The notes beneath the pieces are model-generated. The model made no database searches, had not been told where the DNA came from, and saw only the letters and a program-made list of their open reading frames with translations. Below, in pieces: positions 1 through 9,621 of a stretch of DNA of 64,000 nucleotides. How positions within the stretch are numbered: position 1 is the first letter of the stretch; the number at the start of each line of letters is the position of its first letter. The position numbers and the translations under genes were made by a program. This stretch comes from Candidatus Cloacimonadota bacterium. Its GTDB lineage: Bacteria > Cloacimonadota > Cloacimonadia > G963667145. The stretch is from the NCBI GenBank assembly GCA_963676615.1, contig OY781092.1, positions 320,001 to 384,000 on the forward strand, given 5' to 3'.

Positions 1-2
1 AT

Positions 3-509
3 ATGCTGCTGGTGGAGGGCGGAACGCTGAACGAAGAGCAGGTTGTGGACGCTGATGGCAATATTGTGGCTGAAAATGGGTTTGACTTACTGCAACAGCA
101 GCTCTCGCAGGTGAAGGGTAACAAAAAATCGCACAGCGTGGTGGTGGTGGAGACGAGCAATCCGAATGTGCAGTTGAAGCTTGTGCCGCTTCGGCAGAAC
201 TACGAGGGCGGTTTTTTGGCGTTGAAGAAAGATTTGCGCGACGGGATTTTTGCGTATCATAGAGTGCCGCCGCGGGTGGTGAGTCAGCTGGTGAGCGGGC
301 AACTTGGTGGAGATAACAACAGCGATATGACTTTATTTTACAGTTTTGTGATCAAACCGTTGCAGGCGAAAGTGGCGACGATGCTGGCACGGCAGTTCAA
401 CAAGGAGTTCAATTGGGGTGTAAAGGCGAGCGATTTCGATTTTGGGAATATCAAGGAGATTTTTGAGGATGAGGTCGATAAAAATTGGAATAATTTGAGT
501 AATAGGTAA
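3..509 (+). CDS. Phage portal protein, C-terminal part (PBSX/P2-type)
   Basis: Motif RDGIFAYHRVPP resembles PBSX-type portal C-termini; directly upstream of the protease/capsid gene; 5' truncated by the window. Confidence 0.75.
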   Translation: MLLVEGGTLNEEQVVDADGNIVAENGFDLLQQQLSQVKGNKKSHSVVVVETSNPNVQLKLVPLRQNYEGGFLALKKDLRDGIFAYHRVPPRVVSQLVSGQLGGDNNSDMTLFYSFVIKPLQAKVATMLARQFNKEFNWGVKASDFDFGNIKEIFEDEVDKNWNNLSNR

Positions 510-520
510 GGAGGACAGAG

Positions 521-2275
521 ATGTTCGGCAAGAGAAAGTGGGTGAAAAAGAGCGTTTTGAAAGATATTGATATCGAGTTGGTGTCGATGCTTTTTGATGG
601 CGTTAAGCCTGCAAACGACAAGGGTTTTGTGGTGAAGAGCGGCGATAAGAGTTATGAGCTACAGGGCGTGATAACGAAGTTTAAGAGCGATGCGAAAGGC
701 AAGGTGTATGTGACTTTGCTGGAGCCAGACTCGAAGGATTTGCAGGGCGATATCGTCTCGAAAGCGGAGGTTGAAGCGGCTTGCGATCGTTTTGCGCAAA
801 AAGGAATGCTGCGGAAAAACGATGTTAATCACAATATGCAGGCGGTCGATGATGTTTACATTGCGGAAAATTACATTTTGAAGAATGCAGACAAGGAGTT
901 TTTCCCTGGCATTAAGGCTGGTGCGTGGGTGCAAGTGCTTAAATTTAAGACAGATAGCGATTTATGGAAGAAAGTTGAAAAGGGAGATTTTGGCGGAGTG
1001 TCGGTGTGGGGCTCTGCGGTTCACAAGGAGGAAAACGGAGTGAATTTGGAGAAAATGAGCGAGCTGATTAAGGGCTTGACGGAAAAATTGGCTAAGGCGG
1101 AGAGCGCTGAGGAAATTAAGGGACTAAAAGAGCAGTTGGAGAAAATCGCGAAAGATCTGAATGATATTTTGGCAAAATTGGCTGGAGAGTCTGACGACAA
1201 GGGAAACGGCGAAGAGCAAGCGACAAAAGAGGTTGCGGAGAAGATGCTGGCGGAGATGGAAAAAGGGATTGAGGCTTTGGCTAAGGGCGTTTCGAAGACT
1301 GTTAAGGGAGGCGAAGAGCAAATGGAGAAGGATATTGTGGTGAAGATGGCGGGCGAAGAGGTAAAGGTTTTTGCGAAAAGAAGCGAGCTGTATAAGGCTT
1401 TTGCGGATTTGGACAAGGGCGAAAAAATGAACATCTTAGGCGATGGCAACGGCGAGTTGTTTGTTGATGAGGTGCTGGATGCGCAGGCGGACGATACTTT
1501 GTCGGATATTACGCTGACAAGGCTGCAAAAAGACAACAAGCTGGATGTTGGTTTGGTGGATGACATTATTTTTGTGAATAGCGAGGATGGCGAGCCTGGT
1601 GAGCAGGCGATTGGTGAGAGCGAGCTGAGCTGCGAGACAGGGACTTTGCTGGCGAGTTACACTTTGAGCTTGGATACGATGGAGTTCTACAGAGATAAAT
1701 ATGGCGAAGAGGCTTTTGGCGCGTATGTGGAGAATAAAATCAAGGGCAAGGTCTTGAAAGGGATTAAAAAGTTGCTGTTTAGGGGCGATAGAGCTAGCTC
1801 GACTGCCGCATTAAAGGGTTTGAACGGGATTGTGAAGAAAGCGACTGCGGACTCGGATGTGGCTGATATCGACAAAAACACGCACACGACTTGGAGTAGC
1901 AGGTTTTTGAGCGTTATGAAAGGTTTTGATGCGGATGTTTTGGACGATTTGAGCGGCTTTAAAATCTATGTGTCGGCGCACGATTTGCTGGATATTCGCG
2001 CGGAGCTATCGAAGAGGCAAACGAGTTATGGCGATAGCTTGATTATGAACGGCGGCAAGGTTTTTTACAACGGCGTTGAGGTGAAGAGCAGAAATATTGC
2101 AGACGGCAATATCATTGCGGGTATTGGCAAGTATATCATTGTTGGCTTTCGGACGGATGCGACGATCAACACGGAGTTTGTGAAAAATATATGGAAGGCG
2201 CGCTGGAATGTGCGGATGATCCCTGGCATAACTTACATCAAGGGCAAGGTTAAAGTGTTTAATTTGGTAGGTTAA
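521..2275 (+). CDS. Prohead protease (XkdF-like)-scaffold-major capsid fusion
   Basis: N-terminal DLQGD...DVNH...ENY...GAWV...GVSVWG protease-like domain, E/K-rich coiled linker, C-terminal capsid-like LLFRGD...LNGIVK; RBS AGGAGG. Confidence 0.7.
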   Translation: MFGKRKWVKKSVLKDIDIELVSMLFDGVKPANDKGFVVKSGDKSYELQGVITKFKSDAKGKVYVTLLEPDSKDLQGDIVSKAEVEAACDRFAQKGMLRKNDVNHNMQAVDDVYIAENYILKNADKEFFPGIKAGAWVQVLKFKTDSDLWKKVEKGDFGGVSVWGSAVHKEENGVNLEKMSELIKGLTEKLAKAESAEEIKGLKEQLEKIAKDLNDILAKLAGESDDKGNGEEQATKEVAEKMLAEMEKGIEALAKGVSKTVKGGEEQMEKDIVVKMAGEEVKVFAKRSELYKAFADLDKGEKMNILGDGNGELFVDEVLDAQADDTLSDITLTRLQKDNKLDVGLVDDIIFVNSEDGEPGEQAIGESELSCETGTLLASYTLSLDTMEFYRDKYGEEAFGAYVENKIKGKVLKGIKKLLFRGDRASSTAALKGLNGIVKKATADSDVADIDKNTHTTWSSRFLSVMKGFDADVLDDLSGFKIYVSAHDLLDIRAELSKRQTSYGDSLIMNGGKVFYNGVEVKSRNIADGNIIAGIGKYIIVGFRTDATINTEFVKNIWKARWNVRMIPGITYIKGKVKVFNLVG

Positions 2276-2276
2276 A

Positions 2277-2591
2277 ATGGGGAAAAGTAATAGAGAGCAG
2301 CAACAAAAGCAAATTCAAGAGGTTCAAGAAGAGCTTCAAGCTGGGGGTAATAGCGAGGGTGGAGCTGACGCTCCTCCCGCTTCTCCAGTTCTGAATTTGC
2401 AAGGGCAAGCGGTGAGCGCGGGCGATGTGGTGTATAGTGAGAGCTTGTATCGGCATTTGCTGGTTGTGCAAGAGGGACAAGAGTTGCAAGGGCAGGATTT
2501 GCAGGGCAGAAAGTATCGGCTTTATGGCGTTTTGAATAATGTGACAGCGGGAGTCGAGTTTAAAAAATTGAAGAAAAATGGGGGTAAATGA
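2277..2591 (+). CDS. Phage hypothetical protein
   Basis: 104-aa ORF tightly packed between the capsid and tail tube genes. Confidence 0.6.
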   Translation: MGKSNREQQQKQIQEVQEELQAGGNSEGGADAPPASPVLNLQGQAVSAGDVVYSESLYRHLLVVQEGQELQGQDLQGRKYRLYGVLNNVTAGVEFKKLKKNGGK

Positions 2592-3124
2592 TGGCTGTGT
2601 CAAAGGTTATGTATCCAAGCGGCACGACGGCGGGGGACTTGGATTTTGATAGTCTTTTGGCGTTTTTTGACGGCAAGGATGTTTATTTTGGAGCGGGGAA
2701 ATACACGAAAGAAGAGGCTGATGCGATTTGCGCAACAAAAGAGGCTTTAGCGGCGGAATTGAGCGCAAATTTGGAGCTTGCGGGCGAGTTGGACGAAAAG
2801 GGCTGGAAGGCGGAGAGCAAGCCTGCGACTTTTAAGACGCGCAACTTTCTTTTGGAAGGCAGACGGACAACGACGATGGAGATTACGCTGGCGGGTATGA
2901 GCAACAGGCAGAAGAGCTATTTTGAGAAGGATATTAAGCAAAAGACGCTGACTTTTGTTTTTGTCGATGATGGTAGCGAGAACGCTTTGCTGATAACGGG
3001 CTGCAAATGGATCTGCGAGTGGAGCGGTGAGGCTGATAAGGGCTTTACGGTTGTGTTGAAAACGGAATTTGCAGGCACGACAGATGATAAGGTGATGGTT
3101 TACAAGGGGATCCCAGCGGCGTAG
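2588..3124 (+). CDS. Putative major tail tube protein
   Basis: 178 aa, followed by a terminator, chaperone and tape measure (siphovirus-like synteny). Confidence 0.55.
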   Translation: MMAVSKVMYPSGTTAGDLDFDSLLAFFDGKDVYFGAGKYTKEEADAICATKEALAAELSANLELAGELDEKGWKAESKPATFKTRNFLLEGRRTTTMEITLAGMSNRQKSYFEKDIKQKTLTFVFVDDGSENALLITGCKWICEWSGEADKGFTVVLKTEFAGTTDDKVMVYKGIPAA

Positions 3125-3163
3125 GCGTAATTATTGTATAGGTAGAAAATAATAGTGATTAAG

Positions 3164-3197
3164 AGCCTGTCTGCTGGTTGCAGGCGGGCTTTTTTTT
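3164..3197 (+). terminator. Rho-independent terminator
   Basis: AGCCTGTCTGC-loop-GCAGGCGGGCT followed by a T-run. Confidence 0.8.
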
Positions 3198-3214
3198 GAA
3201 AATAAGGAGATAAA

Positions 3215-3562
3215 ATGAAGTTAACATACAGACAATTGAGGGATATTTTGGCGTTGCCAGTGATAAGCAAAAATTTCGAGGGCAAGTTGGAGGATATTCT
3301 TGCGGGTGAGGCTGATTTGACGATTGTGGGGTTTGCGAAAATGCTGGCAGAAAGCAGGCTCGACGAGGAAATTGTGCAGATTTTGACGGGCAAGGATATC
3401 AGCGAGGTGGACGCTATCCAAGGAGGAGAGGCACTCGCAAATTTTATCGAGTTTATAAAGAAGAACAAAGACAAGTTCAGCTTCTTTGTAAAGATTTTCG
3501 GGTTCAAAAAGGCAAAGCAGGGGCAAAGTATCTCTGGGAACGGTTCGAAAAAAAATGCTTAG
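3215..3562 (+). CDS. Tail assembly chaperone (gpG-like)
   Basis: Position between tail tube and tape measure; RBS AAGGAG; slippery sequences near the 3' end. Confidence 0.7.
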   Translation: MKLTYRQLRDILALPVISKNFEGKLEDILAGEADLTIVGFAKMLAESRLDEEIVQILTGKDISEVDAIQGGEALANFIEFIKKNKDKFSFFVKIFGFKKAKQGQSISGNGSKKNA

Positions 3563-3669
3563 ATTTTGGGCTGACAAGACAAGATTTCAAGGAGATGAGT
3601 CTTGTGGAAGTTTACACCTATTGGTGCTTGGAATATGAGAAAGAAAGGGAAATGGCGAAGAACTTATAA
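3505..3669 (+). CDS. -1 frameshift extension of the tail chaperone (gpGT-like)
   Basis: Open -1 frame ...KYLWERFEKKCLDFGLTRQDFKEMSLVEVYTYWCLEYEKEREMAKNL*; slip candidates C_AAA_AAG (3505-3511) and A_AAA_AAT (3550-3556); differences in the relic copy are synonymous in this frame. Confidence 0.75.
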   Translation, partial: QKGKAGAKYLWERFEKKCLDFGLTRQDFKEMSLVEVYTYWCLEYEKEREMAKNL

Positions 3670-3792
3670 GTAGTCCCTTGGGTCTGGCTTCTTTTTTGTT
3701 TTTCCACATATATGAAGACACCACAAAATAAGTGCCGTGGGACCAAACAACATAAGAAATCCAATGATATTAAGGGTTACTTCACGCAACAT
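3664..3792 (-). CDS. 42-aa single-TM membrane peptide (moron)
   Basis: Hand-translated MLREVTLNIIGFLMLFGPTALILWCLHICGKTKKKPDPRDYL; RBS AAGGAG; a positional analogue lies at 27637-27768. Confidence 0.7.
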   Translation of the reverse strand: MLREVTLNIIGFLMLFGPTALILWCLHICGKTKKKPDPRDYL

Positions 3793-3843
3793 AATTTCTC
3801 CTTATAGTTAAATTATAAGTTAATAGATAAACATAGAGGAAAT

Positions 3844-6800
3844 ATGTCAAGTTTTAAAATAGGAATATCTTTAGATATTAGGGAACTGAAAGAAGGGGCT
3901 ATCGCAGGTTTAGAAATTTTAAAGAATTTTGCTGAACAAGGGGATAAGCTGTTAAAAGGAGTTTCTGCGAATATTGATGTTAAAAGTTTTGAAAAAACAT
4001 TAAAAAAGCTAAATAAAAAAATAAACGATTTTGAAAGCGAGGATATAGAAACTAACATAGAATTAAAAGATAAGGCTAGCAATGTAATAGAAAACATCAC
4101 TAAAAAAGCGCAGGAGAGCATAGAAAAAAATAAAAGTGCTTACGCAAAAATGACGAACGAAATTGCGACTTTTGGATTTGCAGCGCAAGGTGTAGTGACG
4201 ATGATAAAAGGTATTGCTACGGCGATTGAGGGGGCTGTGACTCCTTTCAAGGAGTTTGAAGAGGGGATGGCGAATGTCAACACTTTGCTGAATGTTGGGC
4301 AGGATGAGTTGGAGGTCTATGGCGACAAAGTGTTGGAAATTTCGCGTGAGACTGGCAAAAGCGCGGTGGATTTGACGAATTCTTTGTATCAAGCGGTTTC
4401 GGCAGGTATGAATATTGGCGACGCTTTGCAGATGGTGAAGATTGGTGCTAAGGCTGGTATTGCTGGACTTTCGGATACAGAGACGGCTGTGGACGGCGTG
4501 ACTACGGTGCTGAATGCGTTTCATATGGAGGCAGGCAGAGCCGAAGAGATTGCTGATTATATGTTCAATACGGTTAAGCGAGGGAAGACGACTTTTGGGG
4601 AGATTGCGTCGAGCATTTCTGATGTGGCGCCGATTGCGGCGGCGAGTGGTGTTGGTTTTGAGCAGGTAAGCGCGGCTATTGCAACGCTGACAAAGCAGGG
4701 TATCCCGAATGCGCAGGCAACGACGATGATCCGCGCGAGCATTATGAGTATGAACGAGGTGCTTGGTGACGGCTGGAGCAAGACAATGAGTTTGCAAAAA
4801 GGGATGCAGGCTATGACCGAAAAGGCTGGCGGCAGCAATAGCAAATTGCGCGAGCTGGCTGGGCGTGTGGAGGCGGTTACGGGCATTTTGGCGATGACGG
4901 GTGAAAATGCGCAGATGGCAGCGGAGGATTTGGAAGCGATGGGCGATAGTGGCGGAGCGATGATGGACGCTTACGCTGTAAAGGCGGAGACGCTAGATTC
5001 TGTGATAAATAGGCTTTCGACTGCGTGGAATGCTCTGTCGGTTGAGGCGATGCGAAATTTTGCGCCTGCGCTGAGCAAGGTTCTCGAGATGACGACTTCG
5101 CTTTTGAATGTTTTTAAGACGATACCGACGAATGCGGATAATGTTAGACGGTCTTTTTTGCAGCAGAGGGGCGAATTTGAGGCGAATGTGACGACGCTAA
5201 AAGAGCTTCGCGACAAGCAAAAAAAGAGCAAGGCGGAGCTGAAGCAGTATAAGCAAATTGTGGGAGAGCTGCAAAGTCAATATGGTTCGTATCTATCGAA
5301 TATTGATTTGGAAAAGGACGGTTGGGATAAGGTGAGCGGAGCGCTGGACAAGGTGCGAGAGTCGATTGTGGAAAAACGAAAAGAAGAGCTGAGGGCGGCA
5401 GAGCAAAAGGATTTGATAGATAGCATTGCGAAGGCGGAGCTTGAAGAGGAAAAGCTGCTAAAAAAAATAAAAAAAGAGCGAGCAAAGGCTAACGCTGAGC
5501 TTGAAGAGGCTGGCTTGCTGGGTAAAGAAATTTTGAGTCCTTTGTCGGAAGAGGCGAAACAATACGGTATAATCACAGGTGAGCTTTCGCAACAGGAAGG
5601 ATTGTTGCAGGCGAATAAGAAGTTGCAGGCAAAGCTATTAGCGCAGGCGAAAGAGCAAGGGCTTGAGCTTGGTAAAAATACAAAAAAAACTGAAAATTCT
5701 GGCAAATCTGGTGGCGGAGACAGTGGTAAAGGCGCTGTTGAGCAGGAGAAGGCGAGTATCGCGGAGATTGCGAGGATACGAAAGGAATACAATTTGGCGA
5801 TGTTGGAGAGCGATTATCAGCGGCAGATCAAGAGTCTGGAATACGAAAAGCAGGCGAATTTGGAGAAGGTGGATGCGCTGAAGATTTCTGAGGACGAGAA
5901 ATGGAAAGCAAAGCTGATGCTGGAGCAGACTTACGACAAAAAAATCGAGGCTGTGCGAAAAGAGCATACAAAGAAGCTGCTGGACGAGGAGAAAAAGGGC
6001 GCAGAGCAGACTAAGGAGCTAACGAAGCAGGTGGCTGAGGGGATTGCGCGGTCGATGGGCGTTGCAGAGGCGGAGGTCGGAAAGGCGGCGGAGGCGATGG
6101 TTAGCGCGATGAGTTACATCGCTGGGCAGATCAATTCGATTATTTCGATGATGAGTCAGCAGCTGCAGGCGGAGAAGCAGGCGGAGGTTGACGCTGTGGA
6201 GCTTCGGGCGGAAAAAGAGGGTAAGAGCGAAGAGTGGCTGGCAACAGAGAAGGAGAAAATTAACGCTAAATACGCTAAAAAAGAGAAGCAGCTGGCTAAA
6301 GCAAAAAAGGCGATGGCGATCACTGACGCTACAATAAATACTGCCGTTGCGGCAGCAGCAGCGCTTAAAGCGGGACCGATTTTGGGACCGATATTGTCTG
6401 GGATTATTATTGGTTTGGGTGCTGTGCAGATAGCACTGATTGCAAAGCAAAAATACGCTAAAGGAGGTGCTGTGGGTTCTGCTGGCAGTGGTATCCAGGC
6501 GGACGAAACTGGCGAAAAACCTGCGGGAATTGTGCACGAGGGGGAGTATGTGTTTGAGCGACCGTTAGTGGAGAAATATGGCTCTTTTTTGGCTTCTTTG
6601 CGAGGCAAAATGCAGACGGGCGATTTGCAGGCTTTCGCATCGGGTGGTATCGTGAACGCTGCTATCCCAGTGCCTGCGGTGGTGGCTACGACGGCTGTTG
6701 GTGGCGGTAATGTGGATTTGAGCGAGGTCTTACAAAAACTATCGGCAATCGAAAAGGCGGTAAAGGAGATAGAGCTGGGCAGCATAACCGTAGAAAATAA

Positions 6801-6870
6801 TAGCAATCTGGTCGAGGTGCATAGGCAGAATTTAGAAGCGGAAAAAATTTATAATAAAAGGATAATGTAA
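3844..6870 (+). CDS. Tail tape measure protein (TP901-like core)
   Basis: 1008 aa, Ala-rich helical; FEEGMANVNTL...LYQAVSAG core; C-terminal YAKGG...GIVHEGEYV...FASGG. Confidence 0.92.
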   Translation: MSSFKIGISLDIRELKEGAIAGLEILKNFAEQGDKLLKGVSANIDVKSFEKTLKKLNKKINDFESEDIETNIELKDKASNVIENITKKAQESIEKNKSAYAKMTNEIATFGFAAQGVVTMIKGIATAIEGAVTPFKEFEEGMANVNTLLNVGQDELEVYGDKVLEISRETGKSAVDLTNSLYQAVSAGMNIGDALQMVKIGAKAGIAGLSDTETAVDGVTTVLNAFHMEAGRAEEIADYMFNTVKRGKTTFGEIASSISDVAPIAAASGVGFEQVSAAIATLTKQGIPNAQATTMIRASIMSMNEVLGDGWSKTMSLQKGMQAMTEKAGGSNSKLRELAGRVEAVTGILAMTGENAQMAAEDLEAMGDSGGAMMDAYAVKAETLDSVINRLSTAWNALSVEAMRNFAPALSKVLEMTTSLLNVFKTIPTNADNVRRSFLQQRGEFEANVTTLKELRDKQKKSKAELKQYKQIVGELQSQYGSYLSNIDLEKDGWDKVSGALDKVRESIVEKRKEELRAAEQKDLIDSIAKAELEEEKLLKKIKKERAKANAELEEAGLLGKEILSPLSEEAKQYGIITGELSQQEGLLQANKKLQAKLLAQAKEQGLELGKNTKKTENSGKSGGGDSGKGAVEQEKASIAEIARIRKEYNLAMLESDYQRQIKSLEYEKQANLEKVDALKISEDEKWKAKLMLEQTYDKKIEAVRKEHTKKLLDEEKKGAEQTKELTKQVAEGIARSMGVAEAEVGKAAEAMVSAMSYIAGQINSIISMMSQQLQAEKQAEVDAVELRAEKEGKSEEWLATEKEKINAKYAKKEKQLAKAKKAMAITDATINTAVAAAAALKAGPILGPILSGIIIGLGAVQIALIAKQKYAKGGAVGSAGSGIQADETGEKPAGIVHEGEYVFERPLVEKYGSFLASLRGKMQTGDLQAFASGGIVNAAIPVPAVVATTAVGGGNVDLSEVLQKLSAIEKAVKEIELGSITVENNSNLVEVHRQNLEAEKIYNKRIM

Positions 6871-7856
6871 TGTATTTGTTGGTTAATACGGTTAAAATAA
6901 CTAACTTTATGCAAAGTATAAGCTTGACAGAAGAAGTTGCTTTAGATGCGAGCCAAGTTGTTTGCCCTTCTGTTAAAATAGTTCTTTCGATGTTAGCAGA
7001 TCGTGATTATTGGGGAGATTTTCCCTGTTCTTTGCATATGAATAATGGAACAACCCTTTTTGATGGAACATTGGACAAAGAAAGCGTGGAATATGATTAT
7101 GCGAAAGATACAATAAGCTTTGAAGTAGTTAGTGATATAAAAGAAATTATGCAAAAGGAAGTTTCAGCTGACTATGGGACGCATTATTATGAATATTGGC
7201 GAGATGAAAAAACGGGTATTGTTTCTATATATAGTTCAAGACAAGCGGCTTTGGAATGGTTATTTAAATGGATGAAGTTTGAAATACCGCGAGAATATGA
7301 TGTATGTTTCGATGATTGGAGCACAGCCCCGTGGATGATGCCATTTGCGAGCGGCAAAATGGTTACAATTCTCTTATCTGACGGGACTGAAAATATTATT
7401 TATAGATTACCAGCCTTAAAGACAATCCAGATGTTGTTCAATGTGCGGATGTTATATAAACCAGGTAGGCTTAAAATAGTAGGATTGAAAAGTGGTGGAG
7501 ATATTTGTCCTGTTGAAAATTTAGCATTAATCAAAAAAGATATAAACAAAAAGGCGGAAATTGAAAGTCTTGAGGTTGGTGCAGGAGACATTTGTTATAT
7601 TGATTACTCTGAAATGCACACTAACTTAAATGGAGAAACAAGGGCAGATAATGAATATAGAATAACCGCAGACACAGAGCTAAACTCTAGGTTTGATATC
7701 GATTATGAAAAATTATATTATGAGGGAATTGTTCCCAACAATATAGGAGTTGGAGACAAAATAAATGGAGACTGCATAACTAAAATAGTGCGAAATATGG
7801 ATACAATAGAAAGTGGCGAAACATATGTTAAAATAGAGGCACTGCGGCTAATATAA
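6870..7856 (+). CDS. Putative distal tail protein
   Basis: Coupled to the tape measure stop (TAATG); AT-rich; 328 aa. Confidence 0.5.
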   Translation: MYLLVNTVKITNFMQSISLTEEVALDASQVVCPSVKIVLSMLADRDYWGDFPCSLHMNNGTTLFDGTLDKESVEYDYAKDTISFEVVSDIKEIMQKEVSADYGTHYYEYWRDEKTGIVSIYSSRQAALEWLFKWMKFEIPREYDVCFDDWSTAPWMMPFASGKMVTILLSDGTENIIYRLPALKTIQMLFNVRMLYKPGRLKIVGLKSGGDICPVENLALIKKDINKKAEIESLEVGAGDICYIDYSEMHTNLNGETRADNEYRITADTELNSRFDIDYEKLYYEGIVPNNIGVGDKINGDCITKIVRNMDTIESGETYVKIEALRLI

Positions 7857-7865
7857 GGAGCAATA

Positions 7866-8273
7866 ATGCTAACAATAACAACGATAAGTTCAAATGTGGC
7901 GATTATGGGTTGGGACAGCGCGAAAGTGGAGTGCACGCCAAAGGTAAAGTATAAAGTTGATAAGGCAAACCCGATTGACCCGACGCAACGCTTCCGAAGT
8001 GGCAAGTATTTCGAGGAAACTTTTAAAATTACTCTCTACATAGAGCTAGAGGGATATACGAGACTAAAATCGGCACTTTTGGAAGCGGAGGATGTTTGGT
8101 TGGAGTATGAGGCTGGCTGCTGGCGATGCGAGGTGACTAAATACCCTGCGCAAGGCTGGGAGCTGCTGGATGCGACAGACGAGGTGGAGCTGGAGTTGCA
8201 GTCGATTTATAAAGAGCGTGAGAGTAAGCCACGGCTGGATATGGTAACGATAGACGAGGTGCGGGTGGGATAA
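7866..8273 (+). CDS. Phage hypothetical (tail-region) protein
   Basis: 135-aa ORF with RBS AAGGAG. Confidence 0.55.
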   Translation: MLTITTISSNVAIMGWDSAKVECTPKVKYKVDKANPIDPTQRFRSGKYFEETFKITLYIELEGYTRLKSALLEAEDVWLEYEAGCWRCEVTKYPAQGWELLDATDEVELELQSIYKERESKPRLDMVTIDEVRVG

Positions 8274-8276
8274 TTT

Positions 8277-9113
8277 TTAGATATCTGGAACAGTGCTACA
8301 GGTAGGCTTTATACAGCCCTTACAGGGCAATATACTTTCTATAGATTGGGATGTACTAAATGCTTTGTTTGCAAATTCTTTACATTTTGGGTACAGAGTA
8401 AAATCATTTTCATCATCAAAATAAATGATTTTGTATTTTTTAATTTTTGCTCTTTTATAGCCGTTTATTCGGGAAGTTTCAGTTTCAATAAATTTATTGT
8501 GATTGAGTTTTTCGCAAAAATCAAGCTGAGGTTCTTTGTTTTTCAGAGGAATATCAATTATTTTTTCTAAGTTTTCGCTTTCTTGTCCGGTGATAAGATA
8601 TATTCGTTTTTTATAAACATTCCCGCTAAGGTAAGAGTCTACATGTCTGATAATGGTTTCTTTGCATTTTGGACACTTACGCTTGCGGCTTGGCTCTTTT
8701 TCAAATTGATAGCCACAATAGGGGCAAGTGATATTGTCTCTTGTTTTTTGCAGACGTTTAAATCCCTCTTTCCACTTACTATCAAATTCAGCAAGATAAT
8801 TGCAAAGAGCCTGATATTGATTTCTTACTCGTTCAATGTCTACATTAAGGCTTTTAAGCAGAATATGACTTTGATAAGTGAGGTTGTTTAGGGAATTTAA
8901 TAAGACCTTTGTTCTGGAATAAACGGTAGAAAAGTCTTTTGAGATATAGATAAGTTCAGCACTCTCCAAAATCACTCTGAATTGCTCCCACTCAAAATAA
9001 TCAGTAAAGGAGTTGCAAATAACTTTAGACTCACTATTAGATTGAGTTCTTTTAGTGGTTGGTCGTGATGGTGAGCCGAATAGCAGTTTTAAAAGGCTTG
9101 TTTTCTTTCTCAT
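8277..9113 (-). CDS. AT-rich Zn-ribbon protein co-oriented with the repressor
   Basis: CPYC...CPKC and C-terminal CKGC...C; 9 bp downstream of the repressor; RBS GGAGGAG. Confidence 0.7.
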   Translation of the reverse strand: MRKKTSLLKLLFGSPSRPTTKRTQSNSESKVICNSFTDYFEWEQFRVILESAELIYISKDFSTVYSRTKVLLNSLNNLTYQSHILLKSLNVDIERVRNQYQALCNYLAEFDSKWKEGFKRLQKTRDNITCPYCGYQFEKEPSRKRKCPKCKETIIRHVDSYLSGNVYKKRIYLITGQESENLEKIIDIPLKNKEPQLDFCEKLNHNKFIETETSRINGYKRAKIKKYKIIYFDDENDFTLYPKCKEFANKAFSTSQSIESILPCKGCIKPTCSTVPDI

Positions 9114-9122
9114 TTCTCCTCC

Positions 9123-9533
9123 TTATGCCTTTACCAGCTTAAGCTTGCCAGTAAGAATATCAAGAGTTTCTTTGCGAATTTCATTGATTTCATTATCAAG
9201 TTTTTTGTTTTCGTCATCAAGCTTTTTGATGTCTTTATACAATTTTTCGTTTTCTTTTTTTAAGGCCTCTACTTCGTTTTCAAGCCTTATTTTCTCCGTT
9301 TCGGCTTGCCCTCGAAACATCGAGCCTTGACCAGTTAAGAGCCAGTTTAAATCAATGTTATAAGTTTGACTCATAATGAGAAGTTTTTCGATTGATGGTT
9401 CAATTTTCCCTTTTTCGTAATAAGCAACAGTTGCTTGATTGCATTCTAACAGTTCTGCAAGCTCGCTTTGTGTTATTTTTATTTTTTTTCTAAACGCTTT
9501 AAGGCGTTTGTTTATATGGTTTTCAGGGTTCAC
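9123..9533 (-). CDS. XRE-family HTH repressor with C-terminal coiled coil
   Basis: RLKAFRKKIKITQSELAELLECNQATVAYYEKG...LNWLLTGQG; divergent from the early operon; GTG start with RBS GGAG. Confidence 0.88.
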   Translation of the reverse strand: MNPENHINKRLKAFRKKIKITQSELAELLECNQATVAYYEKGKIEPSIEKLLIMSQTYNIDLNWLLTGQGSMFRGQAETEKIRLENEVEALKKENEKLYKDIKKLDDENKKLDNEINEIRKETLDILTGKLKLVKA

Positions 9534-9569
9534 AGTCTCCTCAAAATATAATTAAAAGACATTTTTATC

Positions 9570-9600
9570 TTGACATATGATTTTTAATCATAAATATGGT
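9570..9600 (+). promoter_or_regulatory. Early promoter with palindromic operator
   Basis: TTGACA at 9570-9575 followed directly by the inverted repeat TATGATT-TTT-AATCATA (9576-9592). Confidence 0.65.
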
Positions 9601-9621
9601 TTCACAATTGATTATCAAAAC

